From positions 1,116,001-1,180,000 of the forward strand of contig JALMLS010000322.1 in the NCBI GenBank assembly GCA_038496445.1: a stretch of DNA of 64,000 nucleotides. The letters are read 5' to 3'. Under the pieces are notes generated by a model. The model made no database searches. It was not told the DNA's origin and worked only from the letters and a program-made list of their open reading frames with translations. Source of the DNA: Trichosphaerium sp. ATCC 40318. Taxonomy: Eukaryota > Protista > Tubulinea. The number at the start of each line of letters is the position of its first letter. Position 1 is the stretch's first letter. Position numbers and translations under genes: made by a program. Positions 49,051 to 61,597 of the stretch are shown here, in pieces.

Positions 49051-52000
49051 ATGCGCGTTGCTATTATAGGTTCTGGCGTAACTGGGCTTGCTGCCGCCTC
49101 ACATCTCCACAAACACGGTGCGCGCTGCAAACCTAACGATACACTATTTTTCTCGTTTGTATCTCGCAAACAAACCAAAACTAAATTCGTTTTGTCAGGC
49201 TGCGACGTTGTTGTCTATGAGGCAAGCGATCACGTTGGTGGGCACGCTCACACCCAATACGTTAACGGTAAGTACTTTTGTGCGAGCTGCGTAAAAAAAA
49301 AACCTACAGCGTCTAAGAACACTCTAGGTATACCTGTAGATACAGGTTTTATGGTTTTGAACAGAGTTACGTATCCAAACCTTCTGAAATGGTTCAAAGA
49401 GAGCGGTACGCAAAAGCAAACTTTTCAAAAAAAAAAAAGCTCTAGCTCCCTTTTGTGTTACGCTCTCATACTCATTAACTCTCTCAGGCGTGCTGTTAGA
49501 GAACTCGGAAATGTCGTTTTCTGTGAGTTTGAGCGACGCAAACATAGAGTGGAGTAGCGATGCGCCGTTTGCTTCCGCTGTACGTTTAAAACTATCGCTA
49601 TTGTATTTTTCCGTGCTTCGTGCGCAAAGGATTTATTCCGTTTCGCCTTTTTGCACTTTTTATCAAACTGCGACAAAAACTTATTGCAAACATAGTCTAG
49701 CTACTATAGTCCCAATTTTTACGGCATGTTGTACGATATTACGCGATTTAAGCGTGATGCAACGCAGTTTGTGGAAAATAAAGAGCCAGACACTACAACA
49801 ACCATGGAGCAGTTTTTGCAAAAACACGTACGACCGCATTTCCCAATTCTCAAAGGTCGGAACATTTAGTTTCCGATCGGGCCAATTTCGCGTTTGTGGA
49901 TCCAAACCAAAGACGAAAACTGCCCCATATACTCCATGTCCCTACCATCTCCTTACATTCTTTTTTTGTAGGGCTACGGCTACTACTTTATACACTACTA
50001 TTTGGTACCAATGATGGCAGCGATTTGGTCATGTGACACGGGAGATACACTCAAGTTTCCAGCCCTGTTTCTCTTGAAGTTTTTTTATAATCACCACCTA
50101 CTCCAAGTATCTGGTAGACCACTATGGCTCACTGTCAAAGGCCGCTGTGCGGATGGCTACGTTAGTAAGGTATGGCCTACCAGAAAAACAAACAATTCAC
50201 CAGTCATTGACAACGTGCTACATAGGTAACAGCTCCTTTTGCTGACAAGATTCATGTAAACAATCCAGTAAAGGAGGTGTATGCTACCTCTACCGGCAAA
50301 GTAAAAGTAGTGGCTAATGATGGTATGTCTTTGTTTGAACCAATACATAGTTCATATTATATTTCGTGACTAATGGGGCCGCTTAGAGGATGAGTTTGAT
50401 CGTGTCGTCTTTGCAAACCACGCACCAGATGTCTTGAAGATACTAAAGGATGTATTGCCTGAAGAGCAAGATGTACGTTGCGCTAGTGTTGGAACTTTTT
50501 CTGACGTGTGGGTGTTGTTAGATCCTCAGCAAATTCAAGTACCAAGAGAATGATGTATGGCTCCACCACGACACTTCTCTCATGCCTAAAAACCCTGCAG
50601 CATGGGCCTGCTGGAATTTTATTGGAAATAGTGACTGTACGAGAAAAAACCCATTATCGACACTTGTGCTGTTGCTGACTGCTTGGTTAGTGGGATGTTG
50701 CGTCACATATTGGTTGAAGCGGTTGCAGAACATTGAATCAAATGATCAACCCATCTTCGTTACCCTTAACCCTAGCACTCCACCAAAGGCCGAGCTTGTT
50801 GTGAATCACTGGAAGGCATCACACCCAGTGCCATCATTGCACACTATCAATTCGGATGACCTCTTTTCAAAAATTCAAGGAAAACGAAACATGTGGTTTG
50901 CAGGTGCCTACCAAGGCAACGGTTTCCATGAAGATGGCTTCAAGAGCGGTATGGCTGCTGCCAATGACTTGTTGCAAGGTACGTTCTAAGCGCCATACCT
51001 GTTGTGGCCTGTGGCTAACAGATTATTCGCTAGGACCATGGAAACCACTTCCAAACAATGTCATGCATCCGATCGGCATGGTCGATTCAATGTGCCGCAA
51101 TGTTGTCCTTTCGTACCTCAAGTCAACCATCTCATCTGGTACACTCGAAGTACACGACATTGGACATGGTGTCGTACGTCTTTTGTTATTATTACTGGAT
51201 TCTCTCTCTTGTTCTTGTGGCAAATCGACTAACACAGATGGACTTTAGACTACCATGGGCGATGGTAAGGAACCAAAGGCTATTCTGACTGTAATGCGTC
51301 CACAGTTTTACTCCAAGATGTGTTGGCGTTCCGCTCTAGGTACTATCACCCACACAGGTTATTGTTAGGCTGTTCCAGCTCACAATATTTCTAGGTCTTG
51401 CCGATGCTTTCATCGCCGGAGACGTATTGTGTGATGACCTTTGCATCTTGTTTGAACTCATTGTAAACAACAGAAAGAAGAAAGGTACGATATATCACTT
51501 TTTGGTTAAAGACAAGTTGTCTTTGTTTGTGATTGTAGTCGCTCACTCGCTTCTGTAGAAGGTGCTATTGCACCTAGTTTGATGACATCCATACTTGGAC
51601 AATTGACAGCTTACTGGACGCACCAGAGCCGAAATAACTCGGTTAACAACACGCGTCAGAACATTCACGAACACTACGATCTAGGCAATGACTTTTTCAA
51701 ACTGTTCTTGGACAAATCCATGTCGTACTCTTGCGGTATTTTTAACAAACCAGACGAAAGCCTTTACGACTCTCAAATGAACAAAGTGAATCGGTTGATC
51801 GAGCTCGCTTGTGTCAAACCAGGAGATCGTGTGCTGGAGGTAAGGAGGAGCCTTCAACCAATGACCTTATAAGTTATTAACCTTGTTTTCTGTAACAGAT
51901 TGGTTTTGGTTGGGGTACAATGAGTATTGAGCTGGCCAAGTTGGGTTGTAAGGTAACTGGATTGACTTTATCATCTGAGCAGAAGAAATACGCAGAACAG

Positions 52001-52854
52001 CGTGCTAAAGAAATGGTAAGTTAAACACGTGCATGACCCAATATCAGTGAGCTCAGTGTCGTTATCAGTATCCACCTCCATCACTTACACTCGCACTCTT
52101 AGGGCGTTGCTGATAATATCTCTTTTGAGCTTGTAGATTACAGACAGTATGTACCTGAGCAGAAGTTTGACAGAATAGTTTCTTGTGAGATGCTGGAAGC
52201 AGTTGGTACGATTGGCTCAATATAAACTCCTTTTTTTTTTACTTGTTCTTTAACATATCGACTAACTGTTGGCACTAGGTCATGATTATTTGCCTGACTT
52301 TTTTGATGTTTGCAACAAACTCCTCGGGCCAAATGGTATCCTGGTTGTCCAGGTCATTACTATCCCCGATAGCCGATACGAGGAGTACCGCAGGACAACA
52401 GACTTTATTCAGCAATACATCTTCCCAGGAGGTCACCTTCCATCCCTTGGCGCACTAACAGAGGCCATGGGCAAGAAGACGCCATTCATGGTGCGTATAT
52501 TGTAATTTGTTCTTTGTGGTTTTTACTGACCGTGGTTTGTTCCTATCAAGGTTGAAAGCGTTGACAATATTGGTCCACACTACGCAACAACATTACGTCA
52601 TTGGTTGAACCTATTCAGAGCCAAGGTACATTTCTCACAACAAGTTGTAATGTTTACATGGTACAATGTTGCTAAAATTGTGATTCTAGATTCCTGAAAT
52701 CAGATCTCAAGGATTCTCTGACGAATTTATTCGCACGTGGGAGTACTATTTTCAATACTGCGAAGCCGGGTTCAAGACAAGAACTTTGTCTGATTTACAT
52801 ATAGTGTTCACGCGCCCTGGTAACTATGATCTAGATACACAATTGTACAAATAA
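49051..52854 (+). CDS. Fusion of FAD-dependent oxidoreductase (COG2907/UfaD-like) and cyclopropane-fatty-acyl synthase-type SAM methyltransferase (UfaM/CFA-like)
   Basis: 'MRVAIIGSGVTGLAAA','VGGHAHT','VDTGFMVLNRVTYPN','WFAGAYQGNGFHEDG'. After an in-frame intron (50979-51033) come 'NIHEHYDLGNDFF.LFLDKSMSYSC','VLEIGFGWG','SCEMLEAVG','QYIFPGG','YYFQYCEAGF'. Confidence 0.92.
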
Positions 52855-53505
52855 GTAAAACTATTTTTTTTCCAAAGTTGCTTTATTGCTTTTATGATAG
52901 ATACTAACTACAATTAACTTGTTTGACCTCGATAATCACATTGAAAATCCAATGGATAACAGTACCGTACTCTAAAAAGCGTATTCCTGGCATTTTGACC
53001 TACCTGTCTTTACTTTGGCTGTAACTTTAATGTGTAATTCTACATATCATATACGCCTGCCAATGCGTTTATACCTTGGTCTGTTACAAGGTGGCTTTGC
53101 AAACTTACTGTGTACACCGCTGCATCCTATAATACTTGCATGACACTGGCGTTTAAAGGTCATTTGAAAGCAATTCACAGCAGTGGCTAGGATCGTGATA
53201 AAGACCTTCAACTCACGTTTTAAATCCGATAAGAGCAAATACAATATTATTCCATATTCTTTTTCGTTCTACAAACAGCTTGTTGAGTAAGACAGCTTGA
53301 GATTTTTGTAATTATCGCACAAGAAAAAAAGTTGTACTTTTCTAACCAAAATAACTTAACAACTTATCTTTGTGTCTTTACTTTGTTTACTTGTTAACTT
53401 GTTAATACAGTGCTTGGGGGTTTCTATTTACAAAGGGGTTGGTGAATTAGTGGTATGTACAATTTGATACAAAGCGAGGTTTGAAAAAAAAAACTGGAAT
53501 GAAAT

Positions 53506-56244
53506 CTAGTTCATTTCGTCAAGTTTGGTGTATGTCGCAGCAGCCATTATCACGTCGCTGTTCAAATCTCTTCGTAGGTGAAGGACACACCTCTCCAATG
53601 TGTGGTAAAGTTTGACGTGGTTTTCCATCAACGATAATTCTAAAAGGGGTTAGTGGCTAATCTCAAGAACACTAGTAAGGTAATCACAAGCTGCTCATTA
53701 AAAGCGCGCAAAGTTTCATGTGCGAGTAATGCTTGGGTGTACGTACTTCGCCATGTTTCTCTTTGGGACTTGTACAAGCAGTCGCGCATCATCGCCTTTG
53801 TAGGGTTCGATAGGAGCTGAGAATAGTCGCTCAATCCAACGTTAGGTACGATTGTTATATCTCCCTGTTTGATGCAGTTAGACAAACAACGATTTCAATA
53901 AAAGCAAGGACAGCAGTCCTGTCCGCATAGTGACCCGTTTTTGAAAAGATTGTAATGGTAATCACGTACCTTGTATTGCTGTGACACCAAGTTATGTAAC
54001 ATGTTCAACTGTTGTGGCCACAAACCAAGATGTTCGAGCTGTTCGATTAAACAATTAGCACACGTGTACATACATATTTCTGCAATACAAAAAACCGTGC
54101 GTCTCAATGTGGTGTACCTGTAAGATGCGATGCTTAAGTTCGGACGTTATACAATATGCTGCTTTACTAAGCAAGCTGTCGTTGATCTGATCTGTAGAGC
54201 TAATGAATGGTATAACGTGGGGATTAACCTAAAAATAAGGTCAACAAAACGTGCATGTGAATACTGAAGAGTAGGGTTTACCTGAGAAACAATAAAGTGA
54301 TTCACGTTAAACAGCTCACGCAACCGTATCATAGGCAAGTCATTCTCAACGCTGCCATCAGAGCACTTGATGCCCTTAGGATCATACCGTCCAATATTGC
54401 CATTCTCGTCTTTTGATTGAAGCTAAAAAACCGACGTGAATAACAAAAAGACATGCTTAAAAGCCAAAATGTAAAATATAGATGCCACGCGTGTAAGTAG
54501 ATTGTTGAAGCTCTAAATGTGGTTCACCTACCTCTACAGGTTCGTATAAAAATGCTAGCGCACATGAAGCGAGTGCTGCAGAGAAAACAAGAACCTACCC
54601 GAGGTTTAACGTCAACGTGAGGAAAACAAACAAGTTCAATGACTAGCGCGCGTACATTAGGTGCTGTGATGTAGTTTAAGAGGCGCGGATGATCGAACGT
54701 CTTGTTGCTGCACACTGTAATGTTGAGGATACAGCCAGTGCGCTGGTATGCCTCTTGAAAGGTGACATTGCCGATATTCGATCTAATGCAATCACCGAGC
54801 TTATTGATGTCCATCAACACGCCTAGAGACTGGAATCAACAAAAATAACGGGCGATGATAGAGCTAAAGAGTGGAAAGAAGGATTGTTTGTACCTTTTGT
54901 CATTAATCGTGCCAATTTTCTGTTTAGTGATCCTTCAGAATCGAATGCCTCAAATTGTAGATCTTCAAATTCGTTTTCAAGCATCTTTGAGAGCTCAGAT
55001 CTGGTCTTTGTACCTAAATTCATCTTTTTTTTAAAATGGATGCCTCGCCATTGTTTAAAACTTTTTTCACTAGCGTACCAACGAATGAAGCAATAATAGA
55101 ACCAATACTAGATCCAGAAATAATTTTGGGTAAAATATCTAGATGAACAAATCAGAAAAAGCGAATAACTTGTCCAGTTTTAGTTCTTTTTTTTCTATTT
55201 TGGATTTTTTTTGAAAAAAGATCTTCTCGACGTACCATTGTCGTGTAATACTTTGATGACACCCAAATGGTATAATCCTAATGTAGCACCACCACTGAGA
55301 CACAATGCTGTTCTACCATATGCTTGACGTGCGGCAAAGAAGAATTCAAACTTTTGCTGCGTATTAATGTAAGTAGAAATCACGTGGCAGTATTTTCGTT
55401 TTTGGATTGTGTGGGTTCAAAAATAAAAGCTCCGTTGATACAGCTAACACAGACCACGTGGGTAATGGTGTAATCTGTGCTAGGCGCATACTCGGGTATT
55501 CTGTAATTTGGGTGACTAGCGCTAGAGCCGCGGTTTTGGTACCTGTAGAGATACTGTTTTAAAGTTGCTGTGACATATGATGCGAAGAAGCTCGTCTGTT
55601 TCGTTTGTGTACTCCTCTATCAATTGTTTGGTACCAAAGTAACATTTCTCGTATAGTTTTGGGTTTCCAATGCCGGAAAAATTACGTCGCATCCCTTTAG
55701 GAAGATTATAAGCAAAATGTCGTCCCAAAAAAAAAAAAAAAAAAAAAAAAAACAACAAGAAAAAAAATTGTACCGTTACGGAGGAATAATAAAACTTCTT
55801 GAATATTCTCTGCGCTCAGTTTTGCCTTGTAGTATCGTAGCATAGCTAAGCGGTTTCGAATTGTTGTGTAGTCGTAAATATTCGATTCATCCATCTCTTT
55901 CCATTCATTGTTTCCTGAAATTCGCGTTAAAGGGCTGTGGCTTCGGGTATAGCAACACTACCTAGCTTTTTGTCGAGGGATAACGCTGCTTCTTTCCAAG
56001 TGGCGTAATCCTCGCTACTATCGAGTACATTGGTCAACCTTTCAAGTTCTTCTTTGTCTGGGTATACTGTTGTGAGTAGTGCCTAAAAATGTTACACTCT
56101 GAATTCCGCTCACCACGGAGATGTATATACATGTGCTGGTGCCCTTTAGAAGGGTGGCGCACAAAAGTAGGCTTTTTGCTCAAAGGTTGTTGAATGTACC
56201 TTTGGTAAGAACGCACTAGCTGCCCAGTACGCGTATGAAGTCAT
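53506..56244 (-). CDS. Patatin-domain triacylglycerol lipase (SDP1/TGL3-5 family)
   Basis: '[21 protein letters not shown]', 'IISGSSIG' (GxSxG), '[14 protein letters not shown]', '[10 protein letters not shown]', '[25 protein letters not shown]'. Confidence 0.9.
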
Positions 56245-56698
56245 TTTTATGCTAGAAATTTACTACTGTACTTGGGTTATCCTGCCAATCACAAACTTTC
56301 AGTTACTTATATAGATACCTAGTGCTAAAGTGCTGGGTGTGGCTGTTGACTTATTTGAATTTTGAAATGATTTTTGTTTTTGCTGTCGCTTAATGTGGCG
56401 TCTTTAAGCACTGCGAGCCCATACTGTAGTAATGATTAAATGCAACTTACGACACTGACCCATGTCTGTGTAGCATCGTAAAACGTCAGTATGCGAAAAT
56501 AGTTTCAAGGAAGCCAATTCAGGTATTACTACCAATCCAACTATTAAAAATTTCTGATTTGTATTTATACATGGTGGAACTACAACGTAGATCATATGTG
56601 GCGAAATTGCTATACATGATGACGTGATGAATTCCTCTGGGAGTTCAAATATGATTAACCAATTTAGAGACAGATCGCCACTACTGTAGCCAATGAGG

Positions 56699-58492
56699 TT
56701 ATTGAGGTTTTACCTTTGGGTGTGGAATGTATGGCACGCCACTGCAAATGAGTTTAAGCGCTTGCCAATGTATACCAGCAAAGACCTTGAACGTCATCAA
56801 AGGATGCTTCGCTAAGATCCACAGTAGATTAGATTGTGTCACTTCATGCCTTTGCACGTGCAATGACGCCTATGACAGAAAAATTGGTATGTAAAGTAAA
56901 AAAACCCTTCCGTACAATAAAATTGAGCTTTTGTGTCGTTTCGTGTGTCATAAGCCAAGTCATCTGTAGCAAACGGGTTAGTACGCTGTTTCAGTATAGA
57001 AAAATTGGATGCATACATTCCAGTTCTCGTTGGGCGTATCGTACTTTGCTCGATAGTCATAATGCATTTTAAAAAATGGAGAAACATGCCTGGACAACGC
57101 CGATATTAGCAGATAGACTCAAAGGCAGAAGAAATAAAAACCATGACGTACATTATTTTAGTGAATTTGTCTGTCATTCTCTTGGGGTTTAGTGGAGTGC
57201 AGGCGTGGGTGTAGTAGCATTTTTCACCCCTAGCACAAATGAGTTAGATTTACTGGCGTTGATCGGTGTATACAGCGGTACCAAGGTGTGTTGGTTACTT
57301 CAGAGAGCATGGCGACCAGCTTGCCAGATTCATCCTTGCACCAATAATACGAGATTGGATTAAAAGTGTATCCCCAGTACCGCCAGTTTGTAAGCAAGTA
57401 AACCTTACCTAACATTAAAACAGGTTAGTATTTCTGAAATGCAGGAAGCTGCCTTATGTTCAAAAACACAAACCTGACACTTTCTTTCCTGTATCTTGGA
57501 ATACCTTTTCGTGCACTTGTTCACGACTCAAGTATTCTGATTTGCGTAAATAACCCAACGCTGGCTTTTGTGAGTCTCCTACAAGTGAACTGTTTTTAGT
57601 TCATCATTTATACTAGATATTGACCTTTGACCAGTGCGTACCTGTGTCATTGCTTGACCATAGCCAATACTGATCAAAGGCATAATCAGTATCATCGTTG
57701 AGTTCAATCATCATCATGAAAACATCATAAGAAAATTTATGATCACGTGGCGATGTATCCGTCTTGAAACGACGATGGAATACTGATCCAGCGTAGATGT
57801 ATTTCTCTACATGAAATGCTCTGGATGCTAGAATCTTTTCATTCGGGCCGTTCAGGTCGCCGACAAGTCCAAATAAATTGAGTACAACGAGCACTTGGTA
57901 GGTCATATCGAATTCCCACAACTGATGTGCAAAATTAGCGGCTAAAACGTCCGCTTTGTGATTGTTTTGATAACCTGTCAACTGTCAACAATGTGTTCAA
58001 CCGTGTCGTGGAGGATAAGGGTGTTACCTTGACCTGCTGTGAGTAGCGCTACAATCGTGTTATTCACGCCATCCGCTTTGTACGATTTGGTGCCATAAAA
58101 CCCCACTTCGAGGCATCTGTTAGCGAGATAAAGCAAAATCTCTGGTATTATAACGCCACTCAACACGCCGAACCTACAATGCGTTAAAACAATACGGATT
58201 TAACGCTCACCATAACGCAGATACCACTGACGCTGCTATCCATACAATTACGCGCAACAGGGTTGACGCAAAACTCGTTCTTAGCGCCTACTGTTCTTCA
58301 ATCATTACGCAAATGCGCTTAAAGTACCTTTGAGTGTATATTGACGCATGACAAGAGATAAAGAACGGTAGTTGTAAAAGCTGGTGCGGTAAAAAGTTTC
58401 TCCTTGTGCCTCAGGACGATATTACTTGCTACTTGCCGCCATTGCGCTTGTAAAATGCCAATGGCGGTTAGCTGTACGAGATATCTTATCAT
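56699..58492 (-). CDS. DUF1365 (UfaO-like) protein with N-terminal degenerate membrane delta-9-desaturase remnant (3' end uncertain)
   Basis: DUF1365 motifs 'GSVFHRRF...HKFSY.VF', 'YWGYTFNPISYYWC', 'EVTNTPW.E', 'HVSPF', 'PLMTFKVFAGIHWQALKL'. These are preceded in frame by TM segments and 'NNTIVALLTAGQG|YQNNHKA...WEFDMTYQVL..L..FGLV'. Confidence 0.85.
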
Positions 58493-58636
58493 GACGATTC
58501 CCTTTATTCGCGCTATATCCTAATGGCACGTTATATAGCGTATGCACCAAATGTAGGTTTATTGCGCTTGAGACAGCATCACTTAAGCGAGTAGACGAAG
58601 TCGCTCTTATAAGTGTTCCAAAAAACCTAAACCACT

Positions 58637-61192
58637 ATGGCCACTATTCGCGACATTGTACTAGGCATACGCCACGCGGTATGTAAGCGTATTCACATAC
58701 CATACATTAACAATTATCAAGACAAGCGCTGCAGATAAAAACCAGGTTCAAAAATTGACTTCGGAGGAATATAGAGATATACAGCGGTTCAAATTACGTG
58801 GGTAAGCGCAAAATAACAAGTAATGTTTTTTGAGTTGTGCACGTGGTTTGGATAGCAGATCTACGCCAAAACAAAACGCAAAACAGTCTGTGTATACGCC
58901 CTAACACTGTCCTTTAGAGACGAAGAATTTGAGATAAAAGCCTACGCTCCTCACGTATTCCATCACTTGCGCAAGATACATGGTATTAGCGCCAAGTCCT
59001 TTTTGGTGCGTCTTCTTTTTTTTGTAATGTCTGTTTTCGCCTGTCTTGTATTGCTTGTATCGTCCATTGTTACAAACGGTATTAGGGTTCTTGGATATTA
59101 CCCGCTAAAAAAGAGGATGTAACCCTGGATGAGTCGACAGGGCGGTCAGGATCAATGTTCTACATGACCGAGGATAAGAAGTATTTTTTCAAGACGATCC
59201 TACACGCAGAGGCACGTGTCGATGGTTGTCACTTTTTGTTTTTGACATTGGCACAGGTTGGTGCGTTGATGGTAATGTTAGAAGACTACGTCAAGGTATG
59301 CCCGGTTTTTAACAGTGAGTTTCTTGTGGATATTGAGTTGCCTACTACTACAGCATTTGAACAAACACAAGCGATCTTTCATAATGAAAGTCTTTGGGAT
59401 GTATCGCTTAGAAACTGGACGGTAATGACGGTGTAGTAAACATGCTTTGACTGATTTCCCTATTAGAACAGTGAAGCCAACACAAACATGGTTGATTGTT
59501 ATGGGTAATGTGTTACCTACAAGACTGAAGATACACGAAAAGTACGGCTTTCTGAACGGTTTAGTAAAAGTTAATTGTTGTGTTCTCAAGATATGATTTA
59601 AAAGGACGAACAGCAAAACCTGGAAAGAGTTACGCTGAGCGTGGAAAGACGTCTGAAGGACCTGTGAAGGATAATGAGATTAATAGAATATTAAAGTTTA
59701 TTCAGTACTACTACTACAACCACCTCTGTAAACAGTGCTGACAAAGGTTAGTGAAGACGACAAGAAGTTATTCATCAAGCAGGTGACGGACGATATAAAT
59801 GTAAGCACTTTTTTTGACGCCAGTTTTTTTGACTTAAATAATTGTTTAGCTTCTTGGCAGGAAAAATATTATGGATTATTCCCTGTTAGTTGGTTAGGCC
59901 CAATTCTTATTTACTTTTTGTAACATCCGTGTGACAGGTATTCACCATGTTGGGGAACTTGACAAGGACGAGATGGATAAAGTAGATCAAGTTATTGAAA
60001 CTGGTTCTGATCCTGAAAGGCCACGTGATATTGCAGAAAATGCTTCAGAGGTTCATCTTTAAATATTATTTCTTGTGTATTTGTATTAACTCTTCTTGAA
60101 GGATGAAAAATCCAGCGATTCTGGAGAAGCAAAAGCACCAGAGAGTGGTGCTGAAGAAAAAACAGAAAAGAAACATGGAAGGCAAAGGAAGAAGGCTGTA
60201 TCTGAGGGCGCAAAATCTAAGCCAAAAAAAAAGAAGGAATCATTTGGCGAAAACTTGTATACTGTCATGGTAATACCCCATGAATTAAGGTCTTTCTTTA
60301 AAACCAACGTAGGTTGACGATATAGCTCCGCTTAAATCAGATATAAACACGTGGGACACCAAGAAGATATTGGAAGAGGAACGTTTCATGGCAGAAAGCT
60401 GCAAAAGGTATGTTTGCTTATTGCTAGCCATAATAACGGTTTTTTTCTTCAAGTCCTTTTGGATTCGGTATGGAATGTGAGAATCCTACCACTGGTGGTA
60501 AAGAGGCACGACATGCGTAATAGACATATCGTGAATAATTGTGCTGATATATTAGATTGTGTTTATAGGCATCATCGATTGTCTCACCAACTACCATCTT
60601 GGCAAGCGTGTTGCTCATTTTATGAAAAAGTTTATTTGGTATGTGACTCTTTAAGGCATTTCGTTTAGAAACCAACATCACCCTAATTTTGTGCGCTTAG
60701 GGAGTCTTCAACACTATCAACGGCATAACTTTTCATTTCATTAGAGTACGATGTACTAATTGTGCTAACTGTAGGTCCGTGCCGAGTTTTATGCTGAAAG
60801 ATTCTGGCATTTTATGACCCACGATTTAATCGGTGAAGAAGTAGATCCAGACAAGGAAGAAACAAGGCACGTGACCTTTTTATTTTCAGTGTACGTTTCA
60901 ACTCAAATTGTACTAACTAGCAGCTCGATTAGGATAAAGACAGACGAGCCACAGCTCATTCCAGAGCTTCGTGTTAACACTGATAGGTAACCCATTACCC
61001 ATTCAGTTAAATGTTCCTCCTTACACATGTGCCAATAGGGTAAGAAAGCGCAGTCGTAGTTTGGGATATGGCAACGTACGAAGGAACACCATCAGCGGGC
61101 ACACGCCGTTTAAAGGTGAAAAAAAAGAAGGAGAAGAGAAAGATGGTGGCAACAAGGATCAGGACGCTGAAGAACAACATTCTTTTGAGTGA
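58637..61192 (+). CDS. Phosphatidylinositol phosphate kinase (PIP5K/PIP4K family)
   Basis: 'IKAYAPHVFHHLR', 'GRSGSMFYMTEDKKYFFKTI', 'YDLKGR', 'MDYSLLVG', 'IGIIDCLTNY'. Confidence 0.9.
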
Positions 61193-61597
61193 GATCGGCA
61201 TGCTATTCAGTTCTTGCACATGTCTTTCGAGTAAATACCAATCCTATTAATAAATAACGTTACGCCAGCACACCTCTTGTTCGTACGATTAGGCTCTTGC
61301 GACATTCAATACCAACTATTATACTGTTGCTGGCTTGCAATACAGCTTGATACAGCAGCAAATACGATTAAAAGAGCTGATATGTGCAATGGGCTAAAAA
61401 GGCAAGTCAATTCAAACTTAGACTTAATTAATTTACTGTTTCTTTTCTTTAAAAACGTTTACAATCTATCTGATGTGGCATAGCTGCTAAATACCAACAA
61501 ACAGCAGTAAAACTGTGTTAATAGTAACGTGCTTTACATTGTGCGACACCTTATTTGGATCCATTACAGTGCAGGTTATTGTTCAAGCTAGTCATAA

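Noticed and set aside
49051-58492. Bacterial contaminant/operon as source of the Ufa-like genes
   Set aside because: All three genes have many spliceosomal introns of host type and share promoters with eukaryotic neighbours.
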